Source of the DNA: Gammaproteobacteria bacterium
Lineage (GTDB): Bacteria; Pseudomonadota; Gammaproteobacteria; SZUA-229
Length of the DNA stretch: 26,257 bases
Direction of reading: 5' to 3'
Assembly (NCBI GenBank): GCA_041563375.1
Contig: JBFFND010000001.1
Coordinates: forward strand, 1-26,257
Shown here: piece by piece, positions 16,980 to 24,498 of the stretch
Position numbering within the stretch: the stretch's first letter is position 1
Layout: every line of letters begins with the position of its first letter
Made by a program: the position numbers and the translations under genes
Notes under the pieces: generated by a model
Told to the model about the DNA's origin: nothing
The model's input: the letters and a program-made list of their open reading frames with translations, nothing else
Database searches by the model: none

Positions 16980-19544
16980 ATGAAGCAGGCATTCTGGAAA
17001 AAAGACTGGGTCACCGGTCTTGCCATATGCATTGTGGTGATTGCACTGGGAAGGATCGGCCTGTTCGATAGCCTGGAACACAATGCGTATGACCTTGGGG
17101 TGCAGGCCTCCTCACAGAATGCCAGCGACAAGATCGCGGTGATTGCAATTGATGATGTAAGCATCGCCAATATCGGCCGCTGGCCCTGGTCACGTAATGT
17201 GCATGCAGAAATGCAACAGCTGCTAACAGACGGTGGCGCCAGGGTCATCGCACAGACTGTTTTTTTTGTAGAACCGCAACTCGACCCCGGCCTGATGCAC
17301 ATCCAGCAACTGCTGCAGTTCTATGCCAACAGCGAGCTGTTGCAAATGCAGCAGAAAAACCCGTCGATTAGCGCCGACATTGCCGAACTGGGTAATCGAC
17401 TGCTGACAGCGGAAAAAGACCTGAATAGCGACCAGACCCTGGCTAACAGCCTGCGTGCCAGCGACAATGTGATTCTCGCCATGCAGATGAAAAGTGACAA
17501 GCCCATCGGCCGCCCTGATACATCACTCCCCGATTATGTGAGCCGCAACCAGTTTCTGAATATAAAAAACAACCCAGCCACCAACCCCGATAATGCCATG
17601 CCCCTGCCGGTATCTGAGATTCTCTATCCAATTGAACTGCTGGGGCGTGAAGCCGACAGTATCGGTGCGCTGTCCACCTACCGTGAAGCCGACGGCAGCA
17701 TTCGTTCCGAACCACTGGTGCTGGATTACTATAACCAGATGTATCCGTCCCTGTCGTTGCAAATTGCCATGCGCAGTCTGAACCTCGGTCCCGATGATGT
17801 GATTATTAACCTGGGTGAAAGTGTACAGCTCGGTGGACTGACCATTAAAACCAACCCCAACCTGCTGATGAATACCTTTTTCTACAGTAACAGCAACGGC
17901 CCGGTGTTCTCGGTAGATTCATTTTATGACGTACTCGCCGGTAAAATTCCCGCCAGCAAATACAAGGGAAAAACCGTACTTATCGGTGCCACGGCGGTGG
18001 GTGTGGGCAATAGTATGATCACGCCGATCAATGCCAGTATGGCACCGGTACTGACGCTGGCACATTCGGTTTCCAGCATTCTTAACGAAGATTTTTTTAT
18101 CCAGCCACAATGGAGCAGCCAGGTTATTAATGGCATCACCCTGGGGATTGCGCTGTACATTATCCTGCTGCTACCCCGCATGAATGCCGCTCTGTCGACC
18201 ACCGTAAGCCTGATTATCTTAAGCGCACTGCTAGTCACCCATTTCACACTAATGACCAGCCATGGCCTGTGGCTGCAGTTGATGAACCCGGCGATATTAC
18301 TGGTAGCTGGGCATATATTGATAACATCAAAGCGCTACCTGGTCACCGAAAAAGGCAAGCTGGCACTGGATGCCGAATCGGCAGAAACCAATCGTATGCT
18401 GGGTTTATCGCTGCAGGGACAGGGCCAGCTGGATGCGGCCTTTGAAAAATTCCGTCGCCTGCCAAAATCCAACGAAAAACTGGAACTGCTTTATAATCTG
18501 GCACTGGATTTCGAGCGCAAGCGTGTCTTCAATAAAGCAGTATCGGTTTATCAGGTAATCAGCGAACTCAATCCGAAATTCCGCGATGTCAAGGATCGCA
18601 GCTACCGGGCCGAAGCCATGGATGCCAGCGTGATTCTGGGTGGTGCCTCCGCCTCTTCGCGCGGTCTCAGGCTGGATAAAAAGGGTTTTGAAAAGCCCAT
18701 GCTGGGCCGCTACGCCGTAGAAAAGGAAATCGGCAAAGGCGCCATGGGCTCCGTGTATCTGGGACGCGACCCGAAAATCGCACGTATAGTGGCAATTAAA
18801 ACCATGGCGCTTGCCCAGGAGTTCGAGGAAGACGAACTACAGGAAGTGAAAGCGCGCTTTTTCCGCGAAGCCGAAACTGCCGGCCGTTTAAGCCACCCCA
18901 ACATTGTCACCATTTACGATGCCGGCGAGGAACATGACCTGGCCTATATCGCCATGGAATACCTGAAAGGTCATGACCTGGTGCGTTACAGCAAGGCAGA
19001 CAATCTACTGCCGGTGATCAAGGTAATGGACATTATCCGTCGCGCCGCCGAAGCCCTGCACTATGCACATCAGCAGAATGTAGTACACCGTGACATTAAA
19101 CCCGCCAATGTGATGTACGAAGCGGAAACCGATAGTTTGAAAATCACCGATTTCGGCATTGCCCGTATCACCGATTCGAGCAAAACCAAAACCGGCATGG
19201 TACTGGGAACCCCGTCCTATATGTCGCCGGAACAGCTGTCAGGCAAAAAGGTTGATGGCCGCTCCGACCTGTTCTCACTGGGGGTAATGATGTTCCAGCT
19301 GGTCACCGGGCGACTGCCGTTCCAGGGTGAGTCCATGGCAACACTGATGTTTAAAATTGCCAATGAGCCACACCCCAAGCCGGACACCATTCGCCCTGAA
19401 TTACCACGCTGCGTCACCGTGATCATTAATCGCGCACTGGCCAAAGACCCGGAAAAACGCTATCAAACAGGTGCACAGATGGCATCAGACCTGCGTAAAT
19501 GCATGCAGCTGGCAGCCATGCAAAAGAAGGCTGAGCAGCAATGA
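16980..19544 (+). CDS. Membrane-bound CHASE2-domain Hanks-type Ser/Thr protein kinase with TPR-like linker
   Basis: IAVIAIDDVSIANIGRWPWSR and GKTVLIGATA (CHASE2), flanked by 1+3 TM helices. Kinase motifs GKGAMG, VAIK, HRDIKPAN, DFG, GTPSYMSPE and DLFSLG. Start set at ATG 16980, preceded by GGGGGG. Confidence 0.93.
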   Translation: MKQAFWKKDWVTGLAICIVVIALGRIGLFDSLEHNAYDLGVQASSQNASDKIAVIAIDDVSIANIGRWPWSRNVHAEMQQLLTDGGARVIAQTVFFVEPQLDPGLMHIQQLLQFYANSELLQMQQKNPSISADIAELGNRLLTAEKDLNSDQTLANSLRASDNVILAMQMKSDKPIGRPDTSLPDYVSRNQFLNIKNNPATNPDNAMPLPVSEILYPIELLGREADSIGALSTYREADGSIRSEPLVLDYYNQMYPSLSLQIAMRSLNLGPDDVIINLGESVQLGGLTIKTNPNLLMNTFFYSNSNGPVFSVDSFYDVLAGKIPASKYKGKTVLIGATAVGVGNSMITPINASMAPVLTLAHSVSSILNEDFFIQPQWSSQVINGITLGIALYIILLLPRMNAALSTTVSLIILSALLVTHFTLMTSHGLWLQLMNPAILLVAGHILITSKRYLVTEKGKLALDAESAETNRMLGLSLQGQGQLDAAFEKFRRLPKSNEKLELLYNLALDFERKRVFNKAVSVYQVISELNPKFRDVKDRSYRAEAMDASVILGGASASSRGLRLDKKGFEKPMLGRYAVEKEIGKGAMGSVYLGRDPKIARIVAIKTMALAQEFEEDELQEVKARFFREAETAGRLSHPNIVTIYDAGEEHDLAYIAMEYLKGHDLVRYSKADNLLPVIKVMDIIRRAAEALHYAHQQNVVHRDIKPANVMYEAETDSLKITDFGIARITDSSKTKTGMVLGTPSYMSPEQLSGKKVDGRSDLFSLGVMMFQLVTGRLPFQGESMATLMFKIANEPHPKPDTIRPELPRCVTVIINRALAKDPEKRYQTGAQMASDLRKCMQLAAMQKKAEQQ

Positions 19545-20365
19545 GCCTGGCCGATAAAATCAGCATCAGCGGCATTACCGATACAGGACTGGTGCGCAGC
19601 AATAATGAGGACACCATCGGCAGCGACGCAGAGCTGGGATTACTGGTGCTGGCAGACGGCATGGGCGGCCACAAGGGCGGTGAAGTTGCCAGCGCGATTG
19701 CGGTGGACTCCATTCTGCAGGAACTGCGAAAGGTGTTACCCGAAATAGTCAGTGGCAAGATCGACGATAAAACCGGCTACAGCCTGGAAAGCATGGCCGT
19801 TGAAACCGCGATCAAAAATGCCAACAGCCATATATACCGTACCGCGCAGGATAATTCGCAGTATGAAGGCATGGGCACCACTGTTGTGGTGCTACTGTTT
19901 TATGATAATCGCATCACAGTTGCACACGTTGGCGATTCTCGCCTGTATCGACTGCGTGACACACTGCTGGAACAACTGACCCGTGACCACACACTGTTAC
20001 AGGAGCTGGTGGACCGGGGGTTTTATACACGCAAGGAAGCGCGTGAGTCGCTAAACAAAAATCTGGTGACCCGTGCGGTGGGAGTGAGTCCAAGCGTAGA
20101 GATTGATCTACAGGAAGACATTGCACTACAGAATGATCTGTACCTGCTTTGCTCTGATGGGCTTACCGATATGATCAGCGATGACCTGATTGAGGACATT
20201 CAGCTCAACTATAAAAACGATCTGGAAAAAATGAACCAGGAGTTAATCAAACAGGCCAAAGACCATGGTGGCAAAGATAATGTTTCGGTGATGCTTGCCC
20301 AGGTACTCAAGGAGTATCCGGCCAACTCCGCCTGGTATTCACGAATCTTTAACTTGTTATCCTGA
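19541..20365 (+). CDS. PP2C/PPM-family Ser/Thr phosphatase (Stp1/PrpC-like)
   Basis: TDTGLVRSNNED, LADGMGGHKGGEVAS, GMGTT, HVGDSRLY, LLCSDGL and GGKDNVSV motifs. ATGA overlap with the kinase gene. Confidence 0.95.
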   Translation: MSLADKISISGITDTGLVRSNNEDTIGSDAELGLLVLADGMGGHKGGEVASAIAVDSILQELRKVLPEIVSGKIDDKTGYSLESMAVETAIKNANSHIYRTAQDNSQYEGMGTTVVVLLFYDNRITVAHVGDSRLYRLRDTLLEQLTRDHTLLQELVDRGFYTRKEARESLNKNLVTRAVGVSPSVEIDLQEDIALQNDLYLLCSDGLTDMISDDLIEDIQLNYKNDLEKMNQELIKQAKDHGGKDNVSVMLAQVLKEYPANSAWYSRIFNLLS

Positions 20366-20412
20366 ACACACGAATTTGCAAAATTAAACAGACATAATTA
20401 ACAGGTAGAAAA

Positions 20413-21114
20413 ATGGCTAAATTACAAATTTTATTCCATGGTGACGTGATTGATGAAATGGACATCACTAAAGACACTATGACCATTGGCCGCAAGAGTG
20501 ATTGCGACATTCATCTGGACAACCTTGCGGTGAGTGGACACCACGCGCGTATTGTCACGGTGATGAATGATTCATTTATTGAAGACACCAATAGCACGAA
20601 TGGCACCTACCTGAATGGATCACTGATTAAAAAGCAACAACTGTCGAATAACGACATTATCAAAGTCGGCAAACATGATATTAAATTCATCAATGACGCT
20701 ACCGGCAGTGGTAGTTTCGAACACACCATGATCATTAATCCCGCATCGGATGGCCTGCAGGAAACCGAAGGCAGTGCGGCAATTGATCAGTCAGTGAATA
20801 AACTGGCTGCAGAAATCGCCTCTTCCGGTTCAGCTGGCAACCTGCAGAAGGCCCGTATAAAAATTACCAGCGGTGCTAACCGTGACAAGGAACTGCCGTT
20901 AACCAAGGTGCTGACCACACTGGGCAAACCCGGCGTACAGGTTGCCGCTATTACCCGCCGCCCTACCGGCTATTTTTTAATTCATATCGATGGCGGGGAT
21001 AACAGCAGTCGACCCAGGATCAATGGCATGGAAATTGGCTCCAGCGCACAGGAGCTCAAACATAATGATGTGATTGAAGTGGCCGGGGTTAAAATGTGTT
21101 TTATGTTCGAATAA
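20413..21114 (+). CDS. Tandem FHA-domain protein
   Basis: N-terminal FHA with IGRKSDCDI, VSGHHA and STNGTYLNG. C-terminal degenerate FHA-like domain (LGKPG ... RINGMEI ... LKHNDVIEVAG). Confidence 0.9.
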   Translation: MAKLQILFHGDVIDEMDITKDTMTIGRKSDCDIHLDNLAVSGHHARIVTVMNDSFIEDTNSTNGTYLNGSLIKKQQLSNNDIIKVGKHDIKFINDATGSGSFEHTMIINPASDGLQETEGSAAIDQSVNKLAAEIASSGSAGNLQKARIKITSGANRDKELPLTKVLTTLGKPGVQVAAITRRPTGYFLIHIDGGDNSSRPRINGMEIGSSAQELKHNDVIEVAGVKMCFMFE

Positions 21115-21212
21115 ACTTTACTCCATTCAATACGCAAGCTGATTAGCCTGCATTATTTTTCATTACGCATGCGCAGAAACACCGACGAACAGAAGCAGGA
21201 CAAAGTCACCGC

Positions 21213-21626
21213 ATGAAGAAAACCCTGTGCCCATTTTCCAAACCGATTATCGGCAACTGGTGCCAGTGCCAGCATGCCAACCTGGATGAGCGCTGCGCGG
21301 GAAAAATGACCTGCCTGCGGGCACATGATTACCTGGCTGGCTGTTATGCACTGGTGGATATTTTCAGGGAAAAGTCCCGTTTTGTGCTGGGTCTTAGCCA
21401 TGCTGACAGTGAGCTGACTCATATGCAGTTAATGAAAATCCGCTGCGGAGGGCTGCAGGGCATGCAACGCATACTGATGGATAAAAGCGAAGCAATCGGT
21501 GTACCGGATGTATTGCAGCTGATACAGCTAGCCGAGCAGCGTTATGGTGAGGTGGATGCTTTTCCGTTCAGCGAGATTGTCAGTGATATACAGAATTTCA
21601 GCCACCGCACGAAAAAACACAGATAA
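21213..21626 (+). CDS. Hypothetical Cys-rich protein, 137 aa
   Basis: Fills the gap after the FHA gene, has AGGA upstream, a globular composition and 7 Cys, including CPF, CQC and KIRCGGL. Confidence 0.75.
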   Translation: MKKTLCPFSKPIIGNWCQCQHANLDERCAGKMTCLRAHDYLAGCYALVDIFREKSRFVLGLSHADSELTHMQLMKIRCGGLQGMQRILMDKSEAIGVPDVLQLIQLAEQRYGEVDAFPFSEIVSDIQNFSHRTKKHR

Positions 21627-21676
21627 GCCCGGGCAGAAAAGAAAACGCGAACAACGCGAATAAACGCAATCTTTAT

Positions 21677-21705
21677 GTAGGCCGGGTCAAACGCAGCGGA
21701 TCCGG
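21677..21705 (+). repeat. GTAG-type REP-like palindrome
   Basis: GTAG-G-CCGG-GTCAAACGCAGCGGAT-CCGG resembles the enterobacterial REP pattern GTAGGCCGGATAAG...GCATCCGG. Confidence 0.6.
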
Positions 21706-21721
21706 TGTGAGTCATGTAGCC

Positions 21722-21803
21722 GTAGCTTGCGATGACGCAGGAACCCCAACGCCTCGGGAATCTTCAGGGGTAATGTTGAGGAGCGTGCCTTACCCCAATC
21801 CAC
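21722..21803. repeat. Degenerate inverted REP doublet (REPIN-like)
   Basis: GTAGCTTGCGATGACGCAGGAACCCCAAC (21722-21750) against the reverse complement of 21775-21803 (GTGGATTGGGGTAAGGCACGCTCCTCAAC): 19/29 identical by hand alignment, 24-nt spacer. Confidence 0.5.
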
Positions 21804-21957
21804 GGATTTTTTGCCCGGTACTCGGATAAACAGGTATCTTTGCTGTTGTAACAAACCTTTGTTAACGATTAACGTAAACAACGCACTAAAGTGCAGGAGC
21901 ACTTTGAACGTGCGAATGCACGGCCCGAAGGGTGGAGCACAGGATGTGCGGGATAAA
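21804..21957. mobile_element. Possible MITE-like non-autonomous element (CCCGAAGGG / GCACAGGATGTGC hairpins)
   Basis: Chain of small hairpins: GTGC-GAAT-GCAC, CCC-GAA-GGG and GCAC-AGGAT-GTGC. It resembles an intergenic element I recall from marine Gammaproteobacteria; the recollection is unverified. Confidence 0.4.
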
Positions 21958-22074
21958 TGAACGCAATCAAAGCATTTTATATTTAAACATTAGCGATCAT
22001 TAGCGGCTATTTGCGTTGTTCGCGTTTTCTTTTGCTTTTCAACACGATGAACCTGACGCCAGAGCAGTATCTGC

Positions 22075-23025
22075 TCAGGCAATGGCGTACTTTTTCAGGC
22101 GATACAGGAACACATCCCGACTGATGCCCAGCAGGCGCGCGGCACGTGATTTATTACCGGCACTGGCCTGCAGTGCCTGGTGCAATAAATCGACTTCCAG
22201 CTCATCCAGTTTGATTCCACTGGCGGGTAATTTAAAGCCGGCATGAGCCAGTGGATCCGCGCTGATGTGCGCCGGCAGATTGCTGGCCTCAATGGTTTTA
22301 CCCTGTAATAACACCACCAGCGACTCACATAGATTACGCAGTTCACGCACATTGCCCGGCCAGCTATAGCCCTGTAAACGTTTTATTGCATCCCGACTGA
22401 GCCTGGCGACAGGCAGGTTATACTGCGCGGCAATCTGCTGGATAAAATGCTGTGCCAGCACCGGCACATCATCAATGCGTTGCGCCAGCGTGGGCAGTTC
22501 AAGGGGTACTACCTTGAGGCGGAAATACAGGTCTTCCCTGAACTCACCGGATTGCACCTGCTGCTGCAGATCGCGGTTGGTGGCGGCAAGAATACGCACA
22601 TTACTTTTAGCCGGGAGACTGTCACCCAGTCGCTGGCATTCACCGTATTCGATAAAACGTAACAGACGCGCCTGTGCAGCCAGTGACAGTTCGCCCACTT
22701 CATCCAGAAACAGCGTACCGCCCTCGGCCTGCTGCACAAAGCCCTTATGATCCTGATCGGCACCGGTAAAGGCCCCCTTGCGGTGACCAAACAGCTGCGA
22801 CTCAACCAGCCCTTCCGGCAATGAGGCGCAATTCACCGCTACAAAGTCACGCTGGCTACGCGGACTGGACTGGTGCAGGGCTCGCGCCAGCAGCTCCTTG
22901 CCGGTGCCGGTGGCGCCTTCGATTAACACCGTCACATCCGTCGCCGCCAGCAGGGCGGCGGTATTCAACAACTGTTGCAGTACCGCAGACTGACCAATGA
23001 GTTGTGCGAAATGTGCTCTAGCCAT
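22075..23025 (-). CDS. Sigma-54 enhancer-binding protein (AAA+ plus Fis-type HTH) with no N-terminal regulatory domain
   Basis: Walker [24 protein letters not shown], Walker [13 protein letters not shown] and [17 protein letters not shown]. The AAA+ domain starts at about residue 9. Confidence 0.95.
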   Translation of the reverse strand: MARAHFAQLIGQSAVLQQLLNTAALLAATDVTVLIEGATGTGKELLARALHQSSPRSQRDFVAVNCASLPEGLVESQLFGHRKGAFTGADQDHKGFVQQAEGGTLFLDEVGELSLAAQARLLRFIEYGECQRLGDSLPAKSNVRILAATNRDLQQQVQSGEFREDLYFRLKVVPLELPTLAQRIDDVPVLAQHFIQQIAAQYNLPVARLSRDAIKRLQGYSWPGNVRELRNLCESLVVLLQGKTIEASNLPAHISADPLAHAGFKLPASGIKLDELEVDLLHQALQASAGNKSRAARLLGISRDVFLYRLKKYAIA

Positions 23026-23105
23026 AGAAACCTTTCCGTAAAATTTGCTTGCAGATCAATCTGTTATTCAATCAATAGCGCCTGCGCACCCGTTATTAAT
23101 ATACA

Positions 23106-23834
23106 TCAGTGGTGGTGATGCCCGTGCTCTGCATCCCCGGCAAAATACAGATCGCCCAGGTATAAACTGGCCAGCGCCATCACAATCAGTGCGATGGCCA
23201 CCAGCTGTCGTGCCCGGGTCGACTGCGCCAGCTTTCTGACCCAGCCCAGCATCACCCCGGCCGAGAGCATCGAAGGCAGGGTACCCAGGCCAAACACCGC
23301 CATCATCAATGCGCCCTGTAATGCGGAGCCTGCGGTAATACTCATCAGCAATACCACATACACCAGCCCGCAGGGCAACCAGCCCCAGAGCATACCGTAC
23401 AACAGTGCCTGTGCCGGCGTGTTGATGGGCATCAAACGATGCGTCAGCGGCTGAATTTTTTGCCACACCGGTTGCCCCAGCTTTTCCAGACGGACCAGCT
23501 GCGGAAACCAGCCTCCCAGATAGAGACCAATCACCACAATAAACATCACACTGGCCACACGCAGCACCTGATGTGCACTGCCCTGCTCCAGACCAAGGCC
23601 ATTGAGGATTTCCACCCCGAAGGCACCGGCCAGTGCCCCCGCCATCGCATAGCTGCTGATGCGCCCCAGGTTATAGGCACTGATATACAGGCCGCTGCGT
23701 AAGCGGTTATTGCGAATCTCGGCAGGCAGGCTCAGACTCAGCGCGCCCATAATACCACCACACATACCCAGGCAATGCAGACTGCTGAGCAGGCCGATAA
23801 GCAGAACCGATGTGAGGGTGTGCGGGGCATCCAA
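23106..23834 (-). CDS. DsbD_2 / 'sulfite exporter TauE/SafE'-type membrane protein with His-rich tail
   Basis: GLLSSLHCLGMCGG, YNLGRISSY, WGWLPCGLVY and FGLGTLP motifs, several TM helices, C-terminus EHGHHHH. The TTG start is uncertain. Confidence 0.85.
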   Translation of the reverse strand: MDAPHTLTSVLLIGLLSSLHCLGMCGGIMGALSLSLPAEIRNNRLRSGLYISAYNLGRISSYAMAGALAGAFGVEILNGLGLEQGSAHQVLRVASVMFIVVIGLYLGGWFPQLVRLEKLGQPVWQKIQPLTHRLMPINTPAQALLYGMLWGWLPCGLVYVVLLMSITAGSALQGALMMAVFGLGTLPSMLSAGVMLGWVRKLAQSTRARQLVAIALIVMALASLYLGDLYFAGDAEHGHHHH

Positions 23835-23976
23835 GGTGGCGCTTACTGTCTCTTAATCATGAACAAACGTTTCAGGTCTGGCCAGATATTAATCTCTGCC
23901 AGTGTGCGGCTATTTTAATGCATTACAGCCGGCAGCATAAGCCCGCAACCCCCACACAGTGCAGATGCCGGTGAGA

Positions 23977-24399
23977 TCAACTTTTATCGGTTTTCTTGAA
24001 GGGCAGAACACTCGCCGATGAAACCGCCTCGTCACCCTCACCCGCGGCCAGCTCTTCCCCCAGCATCATATCCATGGCCTCCAGTGTGCGGCGCATAATC
24101 ATGCTGGCAGCATAATGGAAAAACAGGATTTCACAGGGCACTGGCTCGTGCAGTGATTCACGGTGCTCGGTCTTGAACTGTGTCCAGGCCACAATGGGAA
24201 CATCGCCGAGCACCTTGTCCACCACAATCCATGCATCTTTCTGCAGGATCAGGTCAAGGTGTTTGAGACCGGGAATCTGCAGGCGAATTTCTGCATTAAT
24301 GCGCTTCAGCGCGGTTTGCACATGATTGTAATAGCTGGCGTTCACCTTACCCTGACGGGCACTGAGCTGGGGGACTTCATTATGGCGTGTGTAGAGCAC
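23977..24399 (-). CDS. Hypothetical protein, 140 aa
   Basis: Co-directional ORF filling the gap between the vWA gene and the membrane-protein gene, with protein-like composition. The GTG start is uncertain. Confidence 0.7.
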   Translation of the reverse strand: MLYTRHNEVPQLSARQGKVNASYYNHVQTALKRINAEIRLQIPGLKHLDLILQKDAWIVVDKVLGDVPIVAWTQFKTEHRESLHEPVPCEILFFHYAASMIMRRTLEAMDMMLGEELAAGEGDEAVSSASVLPFKKTDKS

Positions 24400-24498
24400 T
24401 GGACGTCTCGCTTACTGTACAGTTACTTTAACTGTAGCCCAATCTACGCCAAAAGCTGCCGACAGCTGATACAAAATCAGCCGCCAGCAGCTACACGA

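Larger units (their letters stand above)
21637..22033. repeat. Composite repeat region bounded by 21-bp perfect inverted repeats
   Basis: AAAAGAAAACGCGAACAACGC at 21637-21657 and its reverse complement at 22013-22033. Same unit family as 5382-5498. Confidence 0.85.

Noticed and set aside
16980-21114. Calling the kinase operon part of a type VI secretion locus
   Set aside because: No tss or tag genes in the window, and a CHASE2 sensor is not the PpkA architecture.
23046-23066. FNR-like or IHF-like site upstream of the sigma-54 activator gene
   Set aside because: TTGCT-N5-ATCAA has the wrong spacing for FNR, and GATCAATCTGTTA misses the first IHF position. Not distinguishable from chance.
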